NCBI RefSeq assembly: GCF_001194135.2
Contig: NC_068996.1
Coordinates: 7,804,085-7,848,343 of the forward strand
Source of the DNA: Octopus bimaculoides
Lineage: Eukaryota
Direction of reading: 5' to 3'
Length of the DNA stretch: 44,259 bases
Under the pieces are notes generated by a model, which saw nothing but the letters and a program-made list of their open reading frames with translations, ran no database searches and was not told where the DNA came from. Below are positions 33,227-44,259 of this stretch, one piece after another (the stretch's first letter is position 1; the number at the start of each line of letters is the position of its first letter). The position numbers and the translations under genes were made by a program.

Positions 33227-33953
33227 NNNNNNNNNNNNNNNNNNNNNNNNNNNNNNNNNNNNNNNNNNNNNNNNNNNNNNNNNNNNNNNNNNNNNNNNNN
33301 NNNNNNNNNNNNNNNNNNNNNNNNNNNNNNNNNNNNNNNNNNNNNNNNNNNNNNNNNNNNNNNNNNNNNNNNNNNNNNNNNNNNNNNNNNNNNNNNNNNN
33401 NNNNNNNNNNNNNNNNNNNNNNNNNNNNNNNNNNNNNNNNNNNNNNNNNNNNNNNNNNNNNNNNNNNNNNNNNNNNNNNNNNNNNNNNNNNNNNNNNNNN
33501 NNNNNNNNNNNNNNNNNNNNNNNNNNNNNNNNNNNNNNNNNNNNNNNNNNNNNNNNNNNNNNNNNNNNNNNNNNNNNNNNNNNNNNNNNNNNNNNNNNNN
33601 NNNNNNNNNNNNNNNNNNNNNNNNNNNNNNNNNNNNNNNNNNNNNNNNNNNNNNNNNNNNNNNNNNNNNNNNNNNNNNNNNNNNNNNNNNNNNNNNNNNN
33701 NNNNNNNNNNNNNNNNNNNNNNNNNNNNNNNNNNNNNNNNNNNNNNNNNNNNNNNNNNNNNNNNNNNNNNNNNNNNNNNNNNNNNNNNNNNNNNNNNNNN
33801 NNNNNNNNNNNNNNNNNNNNNNNNNNNNNNNNNNNNNNNNNNNNNNNNNNNNNNNNNNNNNNNNNNNNNNNNNNNNNNNNNNNNNNNNNNNNNNNNNNNN
33901 NNNNNNNNNNNNNNNNNNNNNNNNNNNNNNNNNNNNNNNNNNNNNNNNNNNNN
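33227..33953. other. Assembly gap (N run)
   Basis: Run of N. Confidence 1.
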
Positions 33954-34854
33954 ACATATATTTCCTATTTTAAAGAAATTCAAACAATACATATTACACA
34001 CAAGTTAAAAAGATTCCCAACAATTAAACTTCTCTGGTTGACATTAATACACCCATCACCAATAGGGGCCTTAACTCCAACAATTTTCAGCTCCATGAGC
34101 TCCATTTTTCAGGAGCAAAATTCTTTTAAGGTCCATGTAGTGTCTTAGGCCAAAAAAATGTTTAACTTCCTGCATAGTTCGAGCCCATAGCAATATCTTA
34201 TCTCCTCCACTATTTCAGTATTAATTTGGTATCTAAAAGACCATAATAAACAATTTAATTTAGATTGGTTGATTCTCTCCATTTCATTTCCATATGATAA
34301 AAGTGAAGAATTCTGCCAGATCTGTAATAGTGAACTATTTTCTAAGAAACCGCTTGTAAACACAGCTTTAGAGCATGCTTATTGATGTAAGCATTGGCAG
34401 AAACATACCTTTAGTTCATATAAGTGATTTCTACCATTCTATATAATTTGAACATTGATTTTCTTCTTACATTTCACCTTCACTAGATATATCTTTTTCC
34501 AAGCCTTTAAGTTTTATTTCAATTCACGTATCGCTCTATATTTCTCCTTCATTAGTTTTCTGCTTATTTCTTTCCTTTACCCCTCCTCTTTCGATAGGCT
34601 ACCTTTGACGTTACATCTTCTAACGGTTTTTTCAAAAAAACTTAATAACGTTCCATTCATGATTATACACATCCATCACATTGTGCTAAAATGTCTTATT
34701 GATGAGTTTGGTTTCTTTCTTTCTTTGATGAGAAGATTACATTGTTTCACACCATTTTATTCCTTCGGAATAATACCAATGTTGTCTTCGAAACATATGT
34801 CGGAAGTAAAAGAATTTGAATAACACCTGCGTTTAACTCCATTAATGAATTTAA

Positions 34855-34890
34855 GATCTGAAGAAGGAATTCTAATTCCGAAATATCATC
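34855..34890 (+). ncRNA. Minimal type I hammerhead ribozyme motif with an intact catalytic core
   Basis: Stem I GAT/ATC; CTGAAGA 34858-34864 plus an extra A; stem II GGAAT-TCTA-ATTCC; GAAA 34880-34883; loopless palindromic stem III ATAT; cleavage triplet AUC (34885-34887). Confidence 0.65.
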
Positions 34891-35024
34891 GGACTACAGT
34901 TTACCAAGTTACAACAGGTATACAGTCCATTTTTTGTTCTATATTGCATTGTTATACCTTCCTAAAATTTTTATTCTTTACAAACAATACACAATGCTTC
35001 AAGCGAACTACAATACTCTCTTAG

Positions 35025-35061
<37 letters not shown>

Positions 35062-35371
35062 CATACATACATACACACGCGTGCGTGCGTGCATGCATGT
35101 GACAATAGTGCTGCTAAGCAATAACAGTCCAAGTCAGGAGCTTTTCCCCCCTCAGGAAATATTGGTGGCACGGAGAAAGACTTGTATGCATGGCCAACTG
35201 TGTCATTCTCAAAAACAAAATCTGCACATTTGCACACACACACATATAGCTGAATGATCAACCTAGAATGATAAAACCCCAACCATCCATCTTAAGACAA
35301 TGTATGTACATCACTAATATTACCCCCACAACACGGCACTATCTACATCATGTAATACCATATGTTTATAT

Positions 35372-35374
<3 letters not shown>

Positions 35375-35446
<72 letters not shown>

Positions 35447-35460
35447 CATACATACATACA
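35375..35460. repeat. (TA)n/(TACA)n microsatellite
   Basis: Seen directly in the sequence. Confidence 0.95.
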
Positions 35461-37919
35461 AATATATATAGAGAGAAAGATGGTATTTGTGTATAAATCA
35501 TATACAATATATTTAATAAACGCATTTAGTCTCACTGCAGAAAATGTAGCCTCTGATTAAAGCACAGAATCTTTGATAGTCAATTGTGATTTATCAATGG
35601 ATTATATCTAAACAGCTAGACTAATTATCTATGCATCTATATACACACATGTAATGAAAATACGATGCATATGATTCCCATATAAATACTTAAAACAATG
35701 TGTGTGCATGCATGCACACACACACACACACACAAAATGGGATTTAGCAACTAGTCTTGCAGAGAAATCAATCTCAATTATAGAGTGTGAGGAGGTGACA
35801 GATCAAAGAATTCAAAAGGAAATTTAAGTGCTTATAAGGAAAATTAATTAAAGTCTATTACAGAATTGGAGATATTAGTTTGATAGCCTGAGTCATAGAC
35901 ATTTCTTCTACACCTTCATTCCTATTACCAATGTGATAACCAGCACATGCATAATGGTGGGAAGCTCTCTCAAACAAGCTAATATCTTCAGAACAGTCAT
36001 GTGCACTGTTACTATAAACTACTCTACTTACACAAGAGAGCAAGCTTCAACATGGTCATTATCTAGAAGAAATAGCAGGTATACATCAGTCTAAATAGGA
36101 TATTATTGGGATTTAAGTTTATTGGCTTTCTTGCTGTTTATATCTCATCAATATACACTCATCTATCTCTCCCTATTTCATAATATATATGCATATGGGT
36201 GTGATACAGTTATGTATGTGTCAAACAAAGAGTGCTCAACATTGTATTGGTAGATAAAAATTATTTGTGCATCAAGGCTACCACTGGTTTCATGTTAAGA
36301 AAATATCTTAATCTTTGAAGCTACTCACATGGAGCTTAACTATCAACACCTTCACCACCATCGTCTTTCACCAATAATACCACCATCTCTGCTTTAGCGT
36401 CTTATAATTATTCAATAGATGTTTGTCTCATAAATTTATTTGTTTTGATTGTTGAAGTTTTGTTTCTTTTTAATTTTATCTTAATTCTTTAACATTCTGT
36501 CTAAACATTTTCCTAATTAATAACTATGGCGTTATAATAATCTTTAATGGAAAGTTGCAATATTGATAAACAAAAATCCTCATTTTTAAAACAAAGAAAG
36601 CAACAACATTATCATTCTCAAAGCAATAGAAAGCAATTAATACAGCTAGCCAAATTCTTTAATCAAGAACTTATTGAAGTCATCAGGGAAATATAATACC
36701 AACGGAAGATTTTGATTTACACCACATTTAAACAGTAAATATATCAGAACTTAAGGCAGATTTGGACAGATTGGTTTCAAAGGGGTTCATATTACCAGTG
36801 GCATGATAAAATCCACCCCATCCTTGCTGTGAGGTGGGTAGTAACATGAAGGGCATCTGGTTCTAAGGAAAAAAAAAAAGAAACAAGGCCCCTCTCAAAG
36901 CATAAAAGAAAAGAATGTAGCAAGCAAAAAAGATGTCTGGTTTCCACTGTTTCTGTGCAAGTTAGATGACAAGGATAAGAGAAGAGTAATAAAATGCTGA
37001 GACCCAATCAAATGATGGTTGCATAGAATAAAATGAATGTAAATAAATGATGTAAATTCAAACAATATAGCCAAATGAACAAGGCAAGCTGACAGTCAAC
37101 CACTGTCATTATGTCACTATGGTTACATTCACAGCAACACATCAGATTATTATAAATACGACTGATATAGGTTAATCCAGAGACCAAGTATTCAGTGATA
37201 ATACAGAACTACTACTAGTAATGATATATAATAAGAGCAATGTTAGATCTAACTATGGTTAAGTGAAAACAATGGAAAGGAATTAACAGATGTTTTCACT
37301 GAGAATGACATACAAGTAAATCCAAAGACATAGTGTTCAGCAATATGACTGTACAACTGATAATTGTTTCTGACAATTATGTCAAGCTATTTCTCATTTG
37401 AGGGATTTCTTAAATCGCTGTTCAACCTGCTAAAAATAGTTATATTTTCTTCAGGCTACATTCTGTTGCTTAAAACCTTTTGCTACCAAATTTCTGTTGA
37501 AATACCTTATCTATAGGTTTCAATTATTGAAATAAAGAATTTGAAGGGTTTTTTTTATTCTTTTTTTTTTTAGTGAAATAACTTCATAATCAAGTTAGAA
37601 TTTTGCTGGATCAAAAGCCATTAAAAAGTTTGCAAGTTGCAACAAAAGAGCTTTGATAAAAACAAATGAAACAAACAATCAATTAGTTAGTTGGATATTT
37701 AACCAATTGACTAATGATACAAGAGTGGACTTGAACCAGTGCATGTGTTAATAATATTGGCATAACGACTCTCCTTAGAGATAACAAAATTCCATGAAAT
37801 CTCACAAAAACAAATACAAAAAACAAAATTCTAGAAATTCTTCATATTAAAATTTCGAGCATCTTTTGTAAAGGGCAAATAATATTTAAGACATCTTGTG
37901 CTCCAGAATTTTTTCCCAA

Positions 37920-38160
37920 AAATCTAGTATTCCTGGAAACACAATCTGAGAATTAGACAATGCAATTCTTGATACACCAGAAGTTGTGATGGCCATAGAT
38001 GGAATAACTGATCATAAATCAAGGTCTAGAATCAAAGGGCCTTAGAGTCAATCTAGCAAAACCAAAGCCTTATTAAGTAGAAAGGCAGATAAATCACAAA
38101 TCCCTTCAGGTAGATGGCCCTGCTTGATCTGTAGAAAAGGTGTAGGTAGAAAGTCAACTA
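37920..38160 (+). mobile_element. RTE-clade LINE fragment (RT C-terminal)
   Basis: GLESKGLRVNLAKTK...SGRWPCLICRKGVGRKS is typical of RTE post-RT regions. Confidence 0.7.
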
Positions 38161-38844
38161 ACTAATGACGGAACCAGTAGACAGGAACCGTATGGAAACC
38201 AATCCTTTAACATCTATTATCCATTTTGGCATGGGTTGGACATGCTGGCATAGGTTGGATATATATATAATACACTTGTCTCACCACTTTTGTCATCTTT
38301 GCGAGAGCTTTGACATCCTGAGATCAAACCTGAAAGTTTTCCTACATCTTTGGGCTTTCTGTATCCATAGGGTTCTTCCACTTAGATCTTGGTACACTAT
38401 TCTAGTATATTTTCCCATGAATTATTACATGAACACTAATAAAATAATTCTTTACTTCCAACACAAACTGCCAAATCTTTCATAACATGACTAATCAATG
38501 ATTTCCTTCTTATTTATCATTCCTTAAACACTTCTGAACATAATTTCTTGCTATTTTCTTGGCACTTTATCAATGAAATAATGATGTTACTGTTATCCAA
38601 ACTGATACAAATTAATGGTTAATGCTATAATTACTGACATTATTTCAACTTTGGATGCTCTCCACTTTCGTTCTACTTCATATATTGACAATTAAATGAA
38701 ACTGAATAAATTAGCAGGCAGGCACAGTGTTTACATTATAACAAACAAGTCAATTATTAGTTGAAAATAATTATTTGCTTAAATACCTTTGTATTAAGTC
38801 TTGTCTTCACTGCTGTCTTTCTGGAGCAATAACTTTTGTGTATG

Positions 38845-38975
38845 TAGTGGCAGATTGGCCAGGTTTCCAGCTTGCCTGATGGCAAGTGGGCCCCTGTGCC
38901 ATTAAAATCCATATATGAGGGCCCATGTTAGCATCTAAGGAGCCCATCCCTTCAAGTTTGCCAATTTATTCACTG
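38845..38975. mobile_element. Possible short MITE with degenerate TIRs
   Basis: TAGTGGCAGATTGGC ... GCCAATTTATTCACTG are imperfect inverted ends. No clear TSD. Confidence 0.3.
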
Positions 38976-39289
38976 CTGGAAGAATGCATTAATTATTTCA
39001 ACCTGCCTGTGTTTGTAGGCAGTTGAAAAGAATACTTTAACAAAACAAAAAAATTTTAATGATGGCATTGTAGTTGCAGGTGGGCCCCCTTGGTCTCCTG
39101 GCAACCAATGTTATACCCGAAATATGTTATGCCAGAAAGCCTTACTCTTCCCTTATACCATTGATTCCATTCAAGGCTCCACCCCTGCCCCAACACCAGT
39201 ACACTAAACCTCTCCTCTGTACCAGAAGACCCTCTCAATTTAAACTGACCCATTTATGTCTGCAGTAATAACACTTAATGCTTATTAAA

Positions 39290-39955
39290 GAAGCAGGCCT
39301 GGAAGGAGTGGAAGTGGGGGTAGCAGGGAATTGTATCAAATAATCAGAAGGAAAGTTTGGAGGCAGGTATATTTAGCCAGAGAGCAGCAGTAAAGAAGTA
39401 GTTTGCCAATGTTCTGCAATGTGAATTGAAGTGTTTCAGATTGCAAGACAGTGTGTGAGAGAAAATCATGATGTCATAGGAGAGAAATGTGTCTGCATGG
39501 ATGATGATGCACTTGCATTTAATGATTCTGCAAAGAAAGAAGCTTGGAAACGCCATTATGAAAGGCTGCTAAATGAAGAACATGAATGGGAGAAGGAGAG
39601 TCTGCCAAATGTTGACCCGACTGAGGGACTAGCTATCCGAATCGGGAGTACTTTGGTAGACAAAACAAAGATATGAAGACAGGGAAAGCCACTGGCCCAT
39701 CAGGAATCACCACTGAGATGCTTAAAATATCTGGCAGCATAGGTTATGGTCTAGTTACCCGTATAGTTAACCAGGTGGTACATGAAGAAGTCATACCCAA
39801 TGACTGGTGTAGTAGTACCATAGTCAACTACTACAAAGGTAAAGGTGATGCATTAGACAGAAATAATTACAGGTGTCAAATTTTTGGATCAGGTGATGAA
39901 AGTCACAGGGAGGGTCATAGCCCACCTAATGAGGGAGAGAGTTAGGCATACAACC
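39290..39955 (+). mobile_element. RTE-clade LINE fragment (linker and RT start)
   Basis: KKEAWKRHYERLLNEEHEW, MKTGKATGPSGITTEMLK and IPNDWCSSTIVNYYKGKGDALDRNNYR. Confidence 0.85.
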
Positions 39956-40231
39956 ATAGAAACCATGACAAATCAGACCAGAGTATGGTGAAACAATAAA
40001 AAAAATTAATTGAATGTTACAGAATTTATTTTTGATTTTCTTTTCTTTTTTATTCTTTAGATATTTTACTTTGCAATGTATTGTGTTTTCTTATACACAT
40101 CACATTGAATGTTCTAATCATTTGAAGCCTAATGGTCCAGAACACAAAGGACTCAGGAAACAAGAAAAGCTTACAGGCACCAATCTCAGAGATGACAAAA
40201 TGCCATGGAAACAAGAACAAGAAGTAAAACT

Positions 40232-40606
40232 TCTGCTGCCAAGAAACAGTTCCAGGTTCAGTCCTACTATGTGGCACCTCGGACAAGTGCCTTCCACTAT
40301 AGCCTCAAGACAGCTAAAGCCTTCTGAGTGGATTTGGTTGACAGAACCTGAAAAAGCCCATCATTTGTCTTTGAGCATGTGTATGCATGCATAAGTGCAT
40401 GCATGTTTGTCTTGACATCAGATGTAAACAAGTGCCACTGTTATAAAACAGGCGTCATTTGTAATATTCTGCAAGAACATGTCCAGTCAAGGGAATGTGT
40501 TATGCTTCTTAGAACAGGTGAGAGTTGGCAAAAGTTGTAAAAAAAAAAAAACTGCCTCAGAGTAGATATTAAATAATGATTTAGATTTGCAATTAAGATG
40601 TTGCAA
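40232..40606 (+). repeat. Near-identical duplicate of 43887-44259 (starts with a 5'-truncated SINE)
   Basis: TCTGCTGCCAAGAAACAGTTCC ... GATGTTGCAA differs from the other copy by only a few bases and poly-A length. Confidence 0.95.
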
Positions 40607-40779
40607 AAAAAATGCTTCTTGCATAAAATTTGAACAGTATAAAAAAATAAGTCATCAGAAGATGAAGCCCATGACGTGCGTGCGTGCGTGCGTTTTTGTG
40701 AAAAATATGAAAAGGAAAGCCATAATGAATCCTTTCCATTATTTAAATTTGGTGGATATGTATTGACCACTACGCCATG

Positions 40780-40988
40780 TGCCCATGGGCATATGGCATA
40801 GTGGTTAAGAGCAAGGGCTACTAACCCCAAGATCCCAATTCCAGGCAGTGACCTGAATAGTAATAATTGTAATAATAATAATAATAATTAGAATAATAAT
40901 ACTAATGATAACATTGAAGATTACCTTAGGAATGAGAACCTGAGTTCGAAATTTCCCCAAGACATCTGATGAAGGCTGGAGGGTATAT
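40780..40988 (+). mobile_element. Solo copy of the tRNA-headed HHR module, 3'-truncated inside stem II
   Basis: GGGCATATGGCATAGTGGTTAAGAGC...CTACTAACCCCAAGAT...CCAGGCAGTGACCTGAA-(AAT)n...GACATCTGATGAAGGCTGGAGGGTATAT, then an abrupt switch to unrelated sequence. There is no PLE ORF upstream. Confidence 0.75.
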
Positions 40989-41335
40989 GAGATGACAAAA
41001 TGCCATGGAAACAAGAACAAGAAGTAAAACTTCAGTTTGAAACAGACAAGCCCACTTCAGGGAATAAGAAACACCAGAGATTGGAGTCTCAAGTCCATAG
41101 AAAAGCCTGCTTAAGAGAACAGGTGTTAACAGAACTTCAAAGTAACACAGCCAGAAATACCTGTTGCAGAGATCAAGAAACATCAGACCAACAACAAGAG
41201 GAGTTGGAATTTAAACTTTTTGCTCGTGAAGAGAGGCAATTAGCAGCCTTCAACTACAATCTCACACATGAGCATTACTCTAGAAGCCTTATGAATACAT
41301 ATGAGGACAGAGCAGAGTGAAGGCCAGGTGACCAC

Positions 41336-41338
<3 letters not shown>

Positions 41339-41373
<35 letters not shown>
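41339..41373. repeat. (GT)n microsatellite
   Basis: Seen directly in the sequence. Confidence 0.95.
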
Positions 41374-41376
<3 letters not shown>

Positions 41377-42270
41377 AAAGAAAGACAGCAGAATAAATAA
41401 GTCATACTTTTTATAGACACCTAACACACTTTTCTTATTGAACTAACACTAAAAGCCTTCATAATTCTTATTGATATGAAAAGTCAAAATGTAGATTAAC
41501 AAAAATATAGATATATTCTTATTAGTAAAGTAATATATAAGATTTATATACATTGGCACTTATCAAACTAGTTACTAAGCATGTATGTAGGTATTCACAC
41601 AAACAGATAGGGAGGAAGGGAGAGATAATAAATGATACTTATTTTTGTTTTTTTCTTGGCAAATATGGAAAAAACAAACAAAAAGAAACAAGTTGCATTG
41701 CCATCTGGTGGGCTAAAGTCAAACAATACACGTGAATTTCACTGCAATGTTTACACAGAAAACAGTTGTATCAATGCTCCACCACTGGAAGCAAATAATT
41801 TGTACCAACCATTCTAATAGTTTCAAGCCTCAAAACATTAATTTCTTAGAACCTAAACACATGAAATGATGCAAAAACATTTTGCCTGAGTTCAAATTCT
41901 CTTGAAGTTCAATTTACTTTTCATCCATACAAGTCAAAATAAGTACCAATTAATGTAATCGACTTACACTCTACCCCAACATTGCTGGTCTTATGTCAAA
42001 ACTTGAAACAAACATTAATTTCTTAGGAATAGCAAGTAAAAAGGATATGACTTATACAGGAAGCAAGAGCAACATTTATAGTTCTTACTGGGAACCTAAA
42101 TTGGGTCACGGATTGAGATTTAGTTTGGTCAAACTAAAAACAAAATGACAAAATTCTTCCACCAGCTACACCATGACACAGCCACATACACCAAATATTT
42201 GTTGCATCATTATAATCACCAACATCATAATTATCATCACTCTTTGTCCTCAATTTCATCAGGCACTCTA

Positions 42271-43518
42271 CTGGGTGTACCCAAATTAAAAGCAACCAAA
42301 GTTTCAGGTTTTTATAACTGTCAATGTGATAAGATATGAAAATTACACACTATTATAAAAGCTTAGTGTGTTTTCTTTTTCTTTCAGACTAAACAAATTC
42401 AGATTTACAAATAAGATAATGGCTATTGATGTAATACAGTCATAACCCTCCACAAAGGAAGCAAGAGTAATACAGCTATAGCAAAAAAGCTGGATATTAA
42501 CCCCCAACAGTCTGGAAAATTGTCAAGAAACTTCAAGAGACTGGTTTCATCACTGATCAACCTGAACATGGCTGAAAAAAAGTGTGCAGACCCCTCAGTT
42601 TATCAAAAGTCCCAGAGAAATGATACAGCAAAATCCTTGTGCTCCATAAGAGAACTGGCTGCCACAGCAAAAATAAGCTGAACATCAATGTATCAAGTGC
42701 TGCAGGAAGATCTCGGGACCAACTCTACAAGATGATCTTCCACATTCAGCTCACACAAGTTTATAAGGCCATGAGACTGGAGAGAAGTCATCTTATCCTG
42801 TGTCAGATTGCTGAAGGCATGCTGCCCAACCTGATAGTCACTGACAAAAACTTGATATCAGACAGTAAAACCACCAGAACGACCAACTTTGAAGTGTATC
42901 TAGCTCTGCCAAAGGTAGACTCATAAATCAACACTGAAATCTACAGTCAGTTATGGTTTGGGTGGCTGTGATAGCCACTAGAAGGTCTTCCCTTGTTTTT
43001 GTGCCCTCAAGTATTAAAATTAACACCCAGTGATACATTAGCAACATTCTGGAAGTTGGACAGCTTCCAGGGTTGAATGAGCACTTTCAATGTACACCTT
43101 GGAGCTTCCAACAGGACTCAGTACTATCAGACAACACTGGATTCAGAAAAAACGTTCATAGGCATGGATGCATGGCCCTTAAGAAGCCTCAATCTCAACT
43201 CTCTAGATTTTTCAGTTTGGTTCATTTTTAAGATGAAGGGTTTGAGCACTCATGCTTCACTCGATAACTCTAAAGGTTAAAAAAACTGCACCAGGAATGG
43301 GCTTCAATTCTGCAAGAACAACTGTGTGCCGCATGCGAAGTATTCATGCCTACACGTAAGGCTGTGATTTGAAATAGAGGTGGTCATATCAAATAAATAT
43401 GATAGGGTCAATTGTGCTTGTTTTAGCATTGTATTGCAATGCTCAGACCTGAAATATAACAATATTTTGCTTTGGGAAAATTGAAAAAAGTTGGTTGCCT
43501 TAATTTTGGGACACCCTG
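42271..43518 (+). mobile_element. Tc1/mariner transposon, maT (DD37D)-like, full length (1248 bp) with a dead transposase
   Basis: TA TSDs (42269-70, 43519-20). TIRs are CTGGGTGTACCCAAATTAAAAGCAACC and the reverse complement of CAGGGTGTCCCAAAATTAAGGCAACC. Decayed motifs: VMVWVAV, KINTQ*YISNILE, WSFQQDS, WPLRSLNLNSLDFSVW. The DD37D assignment rests on motif style, not on a counted spacing. Confidence 0.85.
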
Positions 43519-43865
43519 TAACTAAATTATCAAGCAATTAACACAGATACACACACATATGGTTCAGCTCATAGATAATGCATGTTGTTTAAGACGAGGA
43601 ATGAGTGGCAGCAGACATTTCAATAAAGCCCAAACATGGCACCTGACATAATTACCTAATTCCTTTTATAAACAAACCCAATTACTTACATACAGAAACA
43701 AATGAAGGGAAGGTCTCAATGATTGCTTGATCTGATCTGCTAAAAACAACAGTCAAATTTCCCTCAGATTACACCTTGCTGATTTACCTTTTCCCTTACC
43801 ATATTTCTGTTGAAATGTCTTTCAATTATTTTGAAAATTAATTTGGAAGGATTTAGTCTGATACC

Positions 43866-44259
43866 TTGGTGCAGTGTGGCAAAAAGTCTGCTGCCAAGAA
43901 ACAGTTCCAGGTTCAGTCCTACTATGTGGCACCTCGGACAAGTGCCTTCCACTATAGCCTCAAGACAGCTAAAGCCTTCTGAGTGGATTTGGTTGACAGA
44001 ACCTGAAAAAAGCCCATCATTTGTCTTTGAGCATGTGTATGCATGCATAAGTGCATGCATGTTTGTCTTGACATCAGATGTAAACAAGTGCCACTGTTAT
44101 AAAACAGGCGTCATTTGTAATATTCTGCAAGAACATGTCCAGTCAAGGGGATGTGTTATGCTTCTTAGAACAGGTGAGAGTTGGCAAAAGTTGTAAAAAA
44201 AAAACTGCCTCAGAGTAGATATTAAATAATGATTTAGATTTGCAATTAAGATGTTGCAA
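43866..44259 (+). repeat. SINE with intact 5' end plus flank; probable donor of the 40232-40606 duplicate
   Basis: It retains the SINE head (GTGCAGTGTGGCAAAAAG) that is missing at 40232. Confidence 0.85.

Noticed and set aside
34455-34823. 122-aa F/L-rich ORF upstream of the minimal HHR
   Set aside because: It has compositional bias from T-rich DNA and no recognisable motif on either strand.

Overview
AT-rich eukaryotic genomic DNA with three assembly gaps (16050-16567, 32606-32699, 33227-33953) and many (TA)n/(CA)n microsatellites. The SINE repertoire and a C2H2-ZNF remnant suggest an octopod cephalopod (inference from recalled repeat sequences, not a database search). The only host gene I can support is the 5' end of a PDZD8 orthologue on the minus strand (coding exons 4237-4091 and 2193-2075). 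The remaining ~40 kb upstream is mostly decayed and nested mobile elements: five Hero-like (restriction-like endonuclease) LINE remnants, RTE and CR1/L2-type LINE pieces, two Penelope-like element (PLE) fragments, two Ty3/Gypsy LTR elements, a complete but dead maT/DD37D transposon, hAT and piggyBac-type MITEs, a Helitron-like element and several SINE families. The most interesting signal is RNA-level: five hammerhead ribozyme (HHR)-like motifs in three unrelated repeat contexts. These are (i) an ~800-bp element with two HHRs exactly 500 nt apart, a retrozyme-like architecture; (ii) a tRNA-headed HHR module found both at a PLE 3' end and as a solo copy; and (iii) a minimal HHR with an intact core. 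All structures were folded by eye and need computational and biochemical confirmation.
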